Shown here: positions 29,171 through 41,796 of the stretch, piece after piece
How positions within the stretch are numbered: the stretch's first letter is position 1
Layout: every line of letters begins with the position of its first letter
Assembly (NCBI GenBank): GCA_043228905.1
Contig: JBHGNT010000005.1
Location: 2,976,001 to 3,040,000, forward strand
Direction: 5' to 3'
DNA from: Azolla caroliniana
Lineage: Eukaryota; Plantae; Polypodiophyta
Length of the DNA: 64,000 nucleotides
Translations under genes and position numbers: made by a program
The notes under the pieces: model-generated
What the model was told of the DNA's origin: nothing
Databases searched by the model: none
What the model saw: the letters and a program-made list of their open reading frames with translations, nothing else

Positions 29171-32100
29171 CTAAATCCATGCTAAAGATCCACGATCATT
29201 TAAGGATTGAGGTCGACCCCGTGTCGGAGTTGGTGGCCTCTGGGTATTCAGCTCCTACACAATAAGATGATCCCTATATTAAGAATACTGTGATATATAT
29301 GACTTGGCTTCTTTACAATGCTTAAGAAATGCTTGAATTTTTACCTGCATCCATGTATCATCCAGACTGCGATCTGGTGATGTTTCACGTGACGTGATTG
29401 CAGGAGGTAAAGGATGGATGAGCTTGGGAACCACAATCAGATCTCTACCTAGAACTAGAATTGCTCCTGCATTATTTGCCGTTCCTGTATAAAAAAAGAA
29501 GTCATGAATACACCTCCATACATAGACATGAGTTGGTTATACACACATAAATAGAGAATTCGGCATTTGTATATGCAGATGCATATAAAATAAATTAGAT
29601 AAGGCAATTTAAATTAACAAAACATACCACAGTAATTTGTAGCAGAGAACAATGTGATTAAATGACCTTGTGCAAACCGCTCAAAGCCATCCATTACACA
29701 TTCATGTGCTCTGATTATCAGCTGAAGGTCATTGTTTTTGCAGAACTCCAAGACCCGATCAGGCTTTCATCACATAAATTATTACAAAATAAACAGAGAT
29801 GCAACAACAAAAAAGATCAGACTCAAAATAGAAAGCCTCAAGTAGAGATATGCATGGATACAGCCATCAGGTAAAAATAAATACCCCAAATGTGACCAAG
29901 CCTGGACCTCGTGCATTTGGACGCAAGCCCTCAACACTGTCATTCTCCGTAGGATCAGACCTAAAAGAGTGGAATAAATTAAAACACAAAGCCAATGCCA
30001 GCATGAACATAGCAACTAAAATAAACTCCACCATACCAAAGCAAATCCATGAGTACAACAGATCCCGCCTCCATAGTTATAGGACGTTGCAAATTCTCTA
30101 TTTGTCCAACATGATTTATAGAGCGCCCAATTCCACCATGCATGCAGATTATTTTGTTTTCAATGAGAGCTGCCAAGGGTAACCAGTCAAACAACTGATT
30201 GATTCGTCGCCAAACATAAAGACCCTCCCTCTCGCCCTGTTTAAAAAGACATTAATACAAGGAATTTGTTTGAAGTAAAACAACACAACAATATCGCACA
30301 TTAAGACTTACCAAGCGTTCAATACACTCTATCCTGAACCCAAACAAAGCATTTATATCTGCGGCCTCATGATTCCCTCTTATAAGATGAACGTTGTGAG
30401 GATACTCAACCTTCAAATACAATAAGTTACCTGAGAATTGATGTAGAAAAAAAATGATACCCTCCTATTTGTTCTTTAAATGTAGTACAATACCTTTAGA
30501 GCTAAAAGCAGTGTGATTGTTTCAAGGCTATGTTGCCCTCGGTCTACATAATCACCTAAAAACAGATAGTCAATGTACCTGGAAGAAACAGATGCACCAA
30601 GGTCATACTAAATAGAATATAAAAATGTGAGGAATATCATTCTGCACATCAGAATCTGAAATTATGGCTATTCATTACACAACTTACGCTATATCTCCAG
30701 CAGTTGATGGAGCTCCATACTCATCAAATAAGCGCATGAGATCACCAAACTGTCCATGAAGGTCACCAAATATCTTAACTGGTGCTCTCAATTGAAGAAC
30801 ACTGGATTCTTGAGAAAAAATCCTTTCTGCACTTTCACATAACTCGATGACTTCATTATAATCCAAGATGAATTGTCTCTGAACTGGCGGTCTCCAACCA
30901 CGAGGTTTCAGCAAGTGCGCAATGACCTGAATTTCAACACATTAGAAAAAATGTTTTGCACATGCCAACAGGTACCCTCTAGTAAGTAGACCCACTGCTA
31001 GGGAAAACTCTTACCTTCTTAGGTACACTATGCACTCTATCTAACAGCTTTCTTGCATTGTCTGGAGTTCCATAGCTTACACGGCGCTCATTATCAAATT
31101 GATCTATTGATAGCTGCCTTAAACCAGCCAATCCCCCAGTTTCTGAACTAACCATCATCTGCAACCATACCAATAATAAAATGAGCCTTCATTGAGTTGA
31201 CAAAATCCAATCCTAATCCCAAACACCTAGAACTCAGCTCACCGATCTATGATGAATGTGAATATCCATAGGCATATCCATGGAAGTAGTATTAACCTTG
31301 CTGAGATCTGATGATGTTACTTGACTAGCTTCACTAGCCAACTGATCATTCTGGTCCAGCTTTCCATTGCTCTGTCGAGCTCTTTGCAAGGCTGCGCTAA
31401 TGGCTTCTGCTTCCGCTGCTGAAGCCTCCACTAAGGATTCAACTCCTTTGCTTGGTCTCCTGTAAAATTTTGATTCTTTAATTCTTCATTTTTTAACATA
31501 GAGTTTTTCTTTCCATCTGTTTGCATTACAGATCTCACCTCTGATGACCCGATGATAAAGTACTATCTGTATGCATGTCTTCATCCCCATTCATAGTAGC
31601 GGATGGTACCCGTCCATTTGATCCCGGGCTAATAGGAACAGGATTAATTGTTTCACCAGCATCTACATCTTCTGCCACTAATAAATCGTCTAGCAGGACA
31701 CCTGAAGAATGTCAAAACCAGATTTTGAATTTCAAACTTTCATATCATGAAAACCTTATCCTGAACATAAAAATCCTGACAGAGCAACTCGCACTTCCTT
31801 AACATCAGTGCATGCACTCAGATAGAAAAGTGTAACCCTATGCAGAAGTTTAGTGTGCAAACTGTCTATATATCTAAGTTTTGTGATAAATCTATCTGTC
31901 AATTATTTACAACACCATCCATAAGTTTGAGACTGTACGGTGGGCTAGTTAATGAGACACGTTCATAATTCACAATGGTTTCAAACTTACTTATTTTGAG
32001 TGGAATTGATGTTTTAGTGATTCAACGCATTAACATAGCAAGAAACTATACAGATTATAACAGCTGCATGAATTAGAGTAATTATTCAGAATTTGGCAGT

Positions 32101-35100
32101 TGAAATCTGAAGCATGCTCCAAATTCTTTGTTGAGTTTCATCTTGATATTTCCACTATTTAATCAGATCAATGTGAATTTGCTGTATGAGATAACCAACT
32201 CCAAGAAGCATCTCCCATAGCACATTGTTCGCAGATGCATGCATCATACTCTGCCATCTAATCTGAAATAAGAATAGACCATACAAGTATTCAGACACCT
32301 AGAATAGAGATATACTTCAAGGCAGGAACCAGAGGATGTTTGAGGATTCCATCCCCCACCCCTACTACATGTTCTGCGAATAGGCATACATATGCATCTC
32401 ACTTGTACCACATCAGCAAGCCAAAGATGTGGCTATTTGCTTGCTGTTGTCAAATTGTGAGGGTCTTTGAGCCAAGTTCAGCAAAAGAAAACACTCTTTG
32501 GATGTAATTGTACTAAGTTGTGTGGGACGTCACTAGATAATGAGATAGGGTATGAACTGAGATACATAGACTGAGAGCTAAAGACCAGAAAAATATACTT
32601 TATCTTGAACCACACCTTCACAATCCAAGCCATCATGGAAGGAAAAACAAGATGAAAGAAACTTTATGTAGTAATAACATGTTCTAGATTGGGCTACGAT
32701 ACTTTTCTATGAATGCTCAACCGAGGTCAACATTTTGGCAATGCTTCTTTGTGGACTTCAGCAAACTTTTGATCGACGACGTAACACAGTTCATGTTGTG
32801 CAACAAGGTCAGATTTACAGCACCATAGGAGCACAACAAGTTCTCCATTTTGTTCTTCTTTTAAAGAAAACAGGATTTGTATAAATATCCTTCAGAATTC
32901 CCATGTGGCCTAATTCTGGGGGAAGCACAAACCATAGTATAAACAGCCATAGCAAGGAAGCTCAGCTATATCCTCGAGACATAACATGCAAAGTAAACTA
33001 ATGTCATGGTGTATACCTCCAAGGCTGTCCTTTTCTACTTATAAACACATTCTTTGGCCTTTACACTAATAATTTGGAGAAGCATAGAATGAAATGGGAG
33101 ACAGTTTCTCCACCCTACTATATGGAGATGATGCCACCCTCATATCAGACTCACCAAGGAGACTCCGGTGCCACCTTGATGCATTACAACAGTTTTGGCA
33201 TGACAAGAATCTCAAAATAATTGTCTTCACTACTTCAGTTTGGATCACCTGATTTATTTACAATTGAGCTAACTGGATGATTCTGTGAAAATTAAATGGA
33301 CAATGCATTTCCATATTGAAATTCACAACCAATAATCACAGATCCCTCGGCAGTAGATATTGGGTCATACAAGGGGAGATTAAACTGTGGGCTATACTAA
33401 CGTCCTTTAAGGAACCAAAATGGCTTATACGACCTAACAAGAGATTACACCTTAAAATATTTTCTCGTCTTTGAGAACAAACCAAAATAAATATAGCTAA
33501 ACATTGGGTATTAAAGAATCTACATATCTAAGACCTTAAGATTCTCAACTAAAATAGAGTAAAACTTCTGCCCGAAAAAACCTCCAACTCGGACCACTAA
33601 AGATCTCCGAAGCAAGGGAAGTGTGTTCAGAGCAGGTTGACATGCTTTTTTGTTAATGACAAGGGTGACAAGGTTGTACCCAGATAGCCATGGACTACGT
33701 GCACAGCACATTGCTATTGCCTGATCTAAGGAGAACAATATAGGTATGCAGCGCACTCCAGAAATAATTTAACTAGATTCACTCATTATTGGGATCCCCT
33801 TACATCACTCACTAGAAAATTTTAATACATTAAATTTTTGGAATAAATCATGATGCCCACATGAGTGGTTTTGGATACTCTATCATGATTACATTTGTGA
33901 ATTATACATTGTAACATTCTCATAATCTTGTTCAAACCAATGTAGCTTTTTAATTGCTTTTTAGATTAGTTGTTCCAAATTCAGCTCATAAGCGTTGGAT
34001 GAGATGATGTCATGATTATAGCTCGTCTCCCTCTTGCTCTCTCTCTCTCTCTGGCCATTTTGGTCTTTTGGAGACGTTAATTCGATTAATATCACTCCTC
34101 TTCCTTGAAGGGAGAAATGGATTGTGATATATTAATGTCCATAGGTGCCAACATTATCCCCAACCATGTAGATGGGGATGGGGATCTTAAAATGGTGTAA
34201 CAAAAAGAAAGAAGTGAATGTTGAGATGAAAATTCAAGCTTGTTTCCTAATTTCATTATTTTGATCTTCTATGAATTTAGTTCTAGAATCATCAGTGATG
34301 ATTCTGTCATTATTAGGAGTACTTGAAAGCAGGTACAGACTTGTAAGAATTCCTAGAAATCATGTGAAATGTCCTGATATGTGAGCCTTTCAAAAATAAC
34401 CTGATTTTATGTTTCTGATACACTGAGGCAAACATAGATCGCATTCTCCTTTGCTGCTAAATATATCAGCCAACCCCCAGTTTCTATTATCACAATATAT
34501 GAGTGTACGCATCAATGTGATTGCATGTCTCATTCTCTTAGGATGGGCATCCAGATATAAGCTTGGGCAGCCAAACACCCTCAATTGCTTTTCCAATATT
34601 TAGTAACACCCTCAATTGCTTTTCCAATATTTAGTAACACCCTCAATTGCTTTTCCAATATTTAGTATAATGCAGCTGCAATAATACTCAAACTTAGATC
34701 TATGATGAGCAGCTCTCCATTAAATGTGGAGGGCATCCAACGTGGCTGAGGGAAAAGTAGACTCAGCCTTCTGTCCTTTAACTTTCCTCCACATGCACAT
34801 CCAGAAATCCTTCAACATGTGATCTTGTAAATGATTTACAAATTCCTTTGACCCAGCAGGGAAAAGATGTTTGCTTTATGTTTTCCTGGGTCAGAATTCA
34901 ATTTTCCCATGCAATCAATGGTCTATTGGTCTTTTCCAGTTTCTAGAATCTACCCAACCCCCAAATGATGTAATAGATGTTTTTCTTACATAAGCTTGTT
35001 AAAATACAGCCCCTGAACTCCAGTTCTATAAAGCAGAGTTCCCTAAGGCTACTTGGATGAATCCCTTCTAGTTGATCAATAGATTGACCAAATAAAATAG

Positions 35101-38100
35101 ATGATAGAGGGCATCCTTTTTTCACTCCCATGGTGTTCATGGAACTCTCTAGAAAGGCCTCAATTTAGAGAGAAAATTATATTAGTGCCTTTTAACAGAC
35201 AAATGAGAGATTACATCTTAAAGTGTTGCCTCATTTTCACGAACAAACAAAAAAAAATATAAATAAACTACTACGCTACTAGGCAGCCTCTAGCTAAGCA
35301 CTTAACATTTTGGACTTAGATGAGCAGAAATTTTTGCCATTCAAAGACCTCCAACATGGGCTGATCCAAGAATGAGAGGTCTCCGAATTGAGAGAACAAC
35401 CTTCAGTGTCAGGTGATAATGGCCTTAATTTGCCCAATCTATTATAACCCATTTTAAATGATATGATCAAGATCCTGTTGGTGTTGTCCTTTGTTCTTTG
35501 TTGATAAGTTTTTGTGGGTGTATTAGTGTATTTCAATCCCCTATATGTCCTTTGATTTCCAGCTAGAACAATCCCAAGCATTGTTGTACATATTCCATTA
35601 CCTTGCAAAGTGCATTGAAGCCTCGTTTGTGTAGGCAGTGATATCTCCCTCTTGTTTAATTAAACTAGTACAGTGGCAATCATAATGCTCGTAAGATTTC
35701 CAATCCCCAGGACATAATTGGCAAATCCATTATTCAATAGGTCCATGCGCATGTTTGCCTGCCTCAATCTCTAACTGATATCCACCACCACAATACAAAA
35801 CACATGAGATGGATGCATATCCATATAACAGGATTTGGCGATACCATCATGTGACATGTAAAATGTGGGCCTAGTAGTTGGCTATCTTCCATCGATGAGG
35901 CTTTGCAAAGGTGATATATGTTCTTTTGTCATCCAGTTTCATGATATCATGTTGGATCACACCATTATTGCATTTCAGCACATCAACAATGGCTATTTTC
36001 ATTACAGCATACCAAATGTGGGAGAGAGAGAGAGAGAGAATAGAATAAGCCCATTGAAAGACCTTCTTGGCTATTTACATCTTTGCAATCTTCAAGATGT
36101 CTTCCACCCAAGCGGTGGTATGCAATCACGTCAGGCACATTCCATTGCTTATGAAGCGTTCTCTGGTTTCTTGTTTACTAGATGGTCCATGAACAACAGT
36201 CCAGATTTCATATGACTCGCTATTTGTGTATTTATTTGCATTATATAGTATAGTTGAAAGATAATAAAGAACTTGCAATGTCGAACCTGGCACTTCCAGC
36301 TCAAATGAAAGACAAACACACACAGGAATGGAGAGGTATTCAGAGACACTGTTCAAGTTTTCAACATCCACTCACCAGCTCTTAGCCCACCATATATGTA
36401 TATTGAATTTCCAACAGATGCAGTAGTATGCCTACAGCGTCTAGTCAATTCCGCTGATGCCTCTCCCCCAGGAGAATCGGCACTATATCTTCCTGTGCGG
36501 GGACTTGTTACCACTCCTGTTCGATCCAACCAAGCACCAGCAGCCGTGTCCAGTACTGCATTAATCCAACACAGCATCCTCATCAGTCTCAAGTTATAAC
36601 CTAAAGATAACAATAAATCCTACAGTCAGGAGTGGCTAACCTGCCACACTGGAGCCATCCTCCACCATCCTGCCACCCCCCAAAGCCCCGCCAGAAACAT
36701 GAAGTCGAGCATTCACAAATGTCTAAAAAAAATATTCAAGGATACTGAGACTAGATGAAGTAATAAAAATAATAAGGTTATCCAGCAAAACTGCATATTA
36801 TCTCTTAAAACAGATCCAATCAAACTAGATGGAGTGTACAAAAGAGAACACACTTACAGACGCATGTTGATATCGTGGAGAGGGGGAAATACCAGGTGCA
36901 ACAGCCCACTCCCATCTGCCATCTCGATGTTTAGCAAGACCATATGCAGTAGCCAAGGGCTGCAAATTTGATAAAGCCATGTCTCAATAACCCTTGACAT
37001 GGTAACTAAAATAATGAGGGTTGTGAATGCAGTATTGAATATATATAGCATGAAACCCTCATAAATCATTCACAAAGAAGAAAAGAGAAGTATCAGATGG
37101 CAACAATACTGCACAGATTTCTGTTTGCAACGATTTGCATTATCATTTGGAGGTGCGATAAAAGCACGTTCGTTGATAAAATTTTGGGACTACCATTTTA
37201 CCTTCGAAGCTCATATTGCATTATCTTAGAGTTAGGTCCAAATACAATAAAATTTGTTTGTTTCTATACCATATGAATGATGGTGACAATCAATGATGTT
37301 GTACTAAAAGACATCTCTAGATTTTTATTTTCTTTAACACCATTGTCTTGTAATCATTTAACTTCCCAATTAATTTCCAAATATGACATTTGCTCTCATT
37401 TTATACGGTACGATACTTTATTTGCACAACAATAGAATATGTGTTTCTGGAGAAAAAATTCTATCACCAAAAAGAACATACTAGAAACTAATGGAGGAAG
37501 AGGATGCATCTCACATGTGATATATACACACCTTGAGACATCATGTTTTCACAGTATCTAAAATCTTGAGGATAATTGATACTAATTACTCTAGCCTATA
37601 AAAAATGTTTCATTCAATCTTTCTGAAAGGAAGAGATGAACAAGTTCATTTTGGTACCACCTGTGTCTAATGCTGGACATGGTTGAGATGTAGAGAACAC
37701 AAAGGAGAGGCAAATATGCATGTAGAGTTCATTTTAGGGGCAAAAATATATTGTTTTATTAGAACGTGAAATTAGGGTTCTATAGCCAGTCCAGATTGTC
37801 CAAGTGACCGAAAAATGTTTTAGAAGCTGTTAAGAGAGTTATCGTGTTAATGGGCCTATTAGAAATGTACAAATTGAGAGTTTTTGAACCTTTATACCCA
37901 ATAATCTCAACTTTCAGGATTTTCTTACAAAATTTCTCATTACAGAAACCATGAAAGTTTTAAATGTCAACCAAAAGAGACCATCTAGAAACCTGCAATT
38001 ATAAAAATTCTTATGTGGGATAATCATTTCAGAAATAAATGACTCATGAACTAAGTAAATGATTAAACTTCACTGAATAATTGACAAAATTAGTGCCCAC

Positions 38101-41100
38101 AAAATACAATCAATCGTTTGTTTCATGAAACCCTTAGTTTCTAGAAATTCTCTAGCTTTCTACCATGAAACCTAATACATACCATCACACTACACTTTGA
38201 TCAACGATTCAATCAATCTAAGCACTTACCACATTAGAAGCATCCCTTCCACCACAAAGTAGAAGGAGACCGTCACCTCGTGCACTTGCTGTTGCATACC
38301 TGTGATGAGATTTTCCAACAGAACCACATACCAGTAAAATATTGATAACTGAAATAGCATTTTCTAAGTAAAAAATATAAAAAGACTATCATACATGCAA
38401 GGAGGAGGGCATTCACCCTCTGGTTCCAACTTCTTCCATTCATATGGTTTGGCTGTTGTATCTAAGGACCAGACATCAGCTAGTGTAGATTTTCCTGCAG
38501 AATGGATATATTCTTAGAACCAAAACGAGAGTTCCACAGCATGCAATATGGTGTTAGCTAAATAGATTGTAAAACCAACCATCATTTCCACCAACAGCTA
38601 GCAGAAACCGTTGTCCAACTAGTGCCATTACATGACCATATCGAGGACCAGGTCCTTGCCCTTGAACTACCACCCTAATCCAATGATTATGGTTGAGTAT
38701 AAGAACTTCAATTTACTCTTTTTATACTGCTTTTAGCAAGTCCAAAGCATACCTGTGCCACCTAGGTCTGGGTTGTGTGAGATCTAATACGTGAAGGTCC
38801 TCAGTAGATAGTCCAGAAGGGCCAATGCCACCCTGAAAATGTTTTAATTGTTTATATACCTTCACGAATAAATACAATACATCATTTTAAGAGCATAGAA
38901 AAGAAACAAACGTGCCTGAATAACCACCATTGTACCCACTGCAGTAGCAGCATGAGCAGCACGTGGAGAAGGGGGATCACCAATAGGATGCAGCCTGTCA
39001 AATGTACAACGAAACCCACAAAATGGCATTAATGCAGAATTCATGGACTAGAAGTCATTTATGTGCTATTCTGATTCAGAGACAGTATTCTAACCAGCTC
39101 CAAGTAAATAAATAATTGCATGTACAATAATAGGGATATATAACACGCATGTGTGTCTGTAAAATACTGAATTTTCAAAGGTAGGTGTGCATGTAGAAGT
39201 GACTGAGCAAATGAAAGAGAGATAAGAGAAGTATGTTAAAAACAAAAGCATAACCATATCCTAGAATTATGTTTTTTGCAACTGATCAGGAATCTATACT
39301 GCACAAGTCTTCTCAAAGAGGATTCATTCAAAGTGTGCAAAAATTTTGCATAACTTGCATATAAAACAAAATAGATACCAAGTAATCAATTTCTAGTTCT
39401 ACCTTGTCCATTTGTTTGATGGAACATCATAGCAATGTACATCAGCTGTAGCTCCAGCCAATCCTGACGAAATGAAACATTCCATGACTTCTCCAGATCA
39501 ACATAAAAAATCCAAGGGGTATGCAAAGGAATGTTTGAAATCTTATTTATCCATAATGTCTCCAGAAAACAGCAATATAAAAATCTTTTCTTCGAAATGC
39601 ATTTTCAAAGAGTTATGTAAAGAAAGATTTACTTTCATTTATACATAACTCTTCCTAAATGCAACATGAAAATGCCAAAGAGCTATGCAAATAAAAATTT
39701 AAGTCTACTTATGCATAATCTCTATAGAATGCAGCACAACAATGCCAAAGAGCTACATAATTAAAGATGTCAGATTTTACTTGTGCCAGCAAGAAAATAC
39801 CAAACCCTGTATGTAACTAAGTGCCATTGAGCCAAATACTTACTCTTACTTATCCCTGAATTGCCACTAAAAGGCATTGGTCAGGTAAATAAAAACTAAA
39901 TCTTATTTATCCCTAACCTCACTAGAATGCAACATTACAATGCCCAAACACATTGCAACGAAAGTTCTTACATAACCTGAACCTCTCTAGAATGCACCAT
40001 GAAAATGGCAAAGACCTACGTATCTAAAAGAATTTTAAATCTTGCTTGTCCATAACTTCTCAAGAATGCAACACAAAAATGGCAAAGTTGTTACCTATGT
40101 AACTAACGATTTAAGACATTAGTTATGCGTAGTAACTGCAGAAAGCAACACATAAATGTCAAACACCTTACTTATGTATAATAACTATGGAAAGCAACAC
40201 AGAAATGCCAAAGAGCTACGCATATAAAGATTTGAACTCTTCTTTAGGCATGAAAACGCCAAAGATATATGAAACCAAAGGTCTAACATTTAGTTATCCA
40301 CAAAACCATCAAAGAGCTACATAATTAAATACTTGAACCCATGCTTATCCATAAAAATGTCAAATAGCATATTACTAAAGACTCAAAATCTTACTCATCC
40401 ATAAAAAAGCTAAAGAGTAATTGTTACGGGCATGACCATATAATATCCTATGGTGAGAATTTACCGTAGTATTCTATACACGTGGATAAGTGTGAGGGTT
40501 AAACGAGAGTGTAAAGAAGGGGAGAAATACTTTTAATCCTCAGGATTGAGACAACCCATTAGGCCAAGTGTGAACTTGCCTGGGGGTCTTGGGTATCGCT
40601 ATAAATAAGAGGCCCTCGCTACCCTCATTTGATTATCTTGTTGACTACGTCGAGACTCTGTCTTGTGGTGGGTCAACTCTTGTAGCGAGCGCGCCAGCAC
40701 CAGGTACGACTCGATGCCACGGCGGTAGTATGGAACGCTGATCGAGGCTCGAGTTCGTCTCAATCCCTTCGCTCAGGGGTGGTTGGGTGGATCGGCACCT
40801 TCTTTCTCTCTCTCCTTTCTATCTAGATCTATATTCTATTCTTATCTAATGCTTACATTAGTCTATGTCTCTAACAATAACGCAACCAATGAGCTATATT
40901 ACTAAAGATACAAACTCTTACCCATCCATAAAATGTTAAAGAGCTATGCAACCAACATTCAGATTTTTCTTGTCAATAAAAAATGGTCCTATCTATCTAG
41001 AGATAAATAGTCTTGCTTATCCATAATAAACATCAAATCCCTACCTAGCTAAATATTTAAAATATTCCATACAGATAAATGGAATGCCAGGGTTCTATAT

Positions 41101-41562
41101 GACCAAAGGGACAAAATTTATTGCTTCAATACAAAAATATTCGTTTTTCTTCCGACTAAATATTCTTGCTTATCCATAAAATAGCCAAATTTCTATGACT
41201 AGCTATTCGAAAACTTACTTATTCCTGAACTTCCCCCGGGCGTTTGTGGTCCAGCCTGAGCACCTGCATTTCCTTCAAGAGCAGTTGCACCACCGAAGAG
41301 GATGAGCCGAGGTCCAACATAAGAAGTGGAACCAGGTTCACCAGGGCCAGAGATCGCTGTTAATGTATGGCCACATCTAGGACCAGGTCCATCATCTTTC
41401 TTTTCCATGACAGCATTAAGGACGTGATATGAAGGAGCGGGTTTTGGCACAGTAGGAAGAATTTGTTGTTGCTCTTGTTGTTTTTGTTGCTGCTGATGAG
41501 AATGAGATGTGAGGCTTGATCCATCGACGGTAGATGGGGCTTGCTGGAGTGAAGATGGTGAC
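29171..41562 (-). CDS. BSL: BSU1-like kelch-repeat Ser/Thr protein phosphatase (PPKL, BSL2/3-like), about 21 exons; start codon probably inside the N gap. Exons: <41562-41219, 39463-39403, 38994-38916, 38832-38753, 38674-38580, 38494-38395, 38299-38230, 36959-36858, 36722-36641, 36555-36376, 31701-31539, 31459-31243, 31158-31015, 30926-30688, 30578-30494, 30410-30312, 30236-30037, 29960-29885, 29763-29628, 29484-29345, 29254-29171
   Basis: Kelch motifs [25 protein letters not shown] and [14 protein letters not shown]; RQLSIDQF; [13 protein letters not shown]; PPP motifs GDLHGQ, GDYVDRG, RGNHE and FSATNYCG; C-terminus [10 protein letters not shown]...GSLAWI*. Confidence 0.95.
34300..35800 (-). 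mobile_element. Degenerate non-LTR (LINE) retrotransposon RT remnant in the large BSL intron
   Basis: Minus-strand [22 protein letters not shown] (34943-35140) matches the LINE RT motif GVxQGCPLSPxLF. The rest is stop-riddled and the boundaries are uncertain. Confidence 0.6.
34574..34666. repeat. 3 x 31-bp perfect tandem repeat
   Basis: AACACCCTCAATTGCTTTTCCAATATTTAGT at 34574, 34605 and 34636. Confidence 0.95.
39500..41190. repeat. Degenerate 50-75-bp tandem array filling BSL intron 1, interrupted by a solo LTR
   Basis: Recurrent blocks GAATGCAACA, AATGCCAAAGAGCTA and TCTTACTTATCCATAA. Confidence 0.7.
40422..40876 (+). mobile_element. Solo LTR, about 455 bp
   Basis: TGTTA...TAACA termini, internal CTATAAATAAG TATA box near 40600, and a CpG-rich composition that contrasts sharply with the flanks. 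Flanks GTAAT and ATAAC are only an imperfect TSD. Confidence 0.7.
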
Positions 41563-41662
41563 NNNNNNNNNNNNNNNNNNNNNNNNNNNNNNNNNNNNNN
41601 NNNNNNNNNNNNNNNNNNNNNNNNNNNNNNNNNNNNNNNNNNNNNNNNNNNNNNNNNNNNNN
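41563..41662. other. Assembly gap (100 N) next to a poly-G run, within BSL exon 1
   Basis: N run seen directly. Confidence 0.99.
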
Positions 41663-41755
41663 AGGGGGGGGGGGGGGGGGGCGTGTGTGTGTGTGTAAGC
41701 TTCTGCACTGAGCTTCGGCGGAAACGGCGATGGCGAACGTGCGTACAGGTGCAGA

Positions 41756-41760
<5 letters not shown>

Positions 41761-41790
<30 letters not shown>
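41761..41790. repeat. (GA)n microsatellite, read as a CT tract in the BSL 5' region
   Basis: Seen directly. Confidence 0.9.

Positions 41791-41796
<6 letters not shown>

Noticed and set aside
34574-34666. 31-bp direct repeats as a CRISPR-like array
   Set aside because: The units are head-to-tail with no spacers, inside a LINE relic in a eukaryotic intron.
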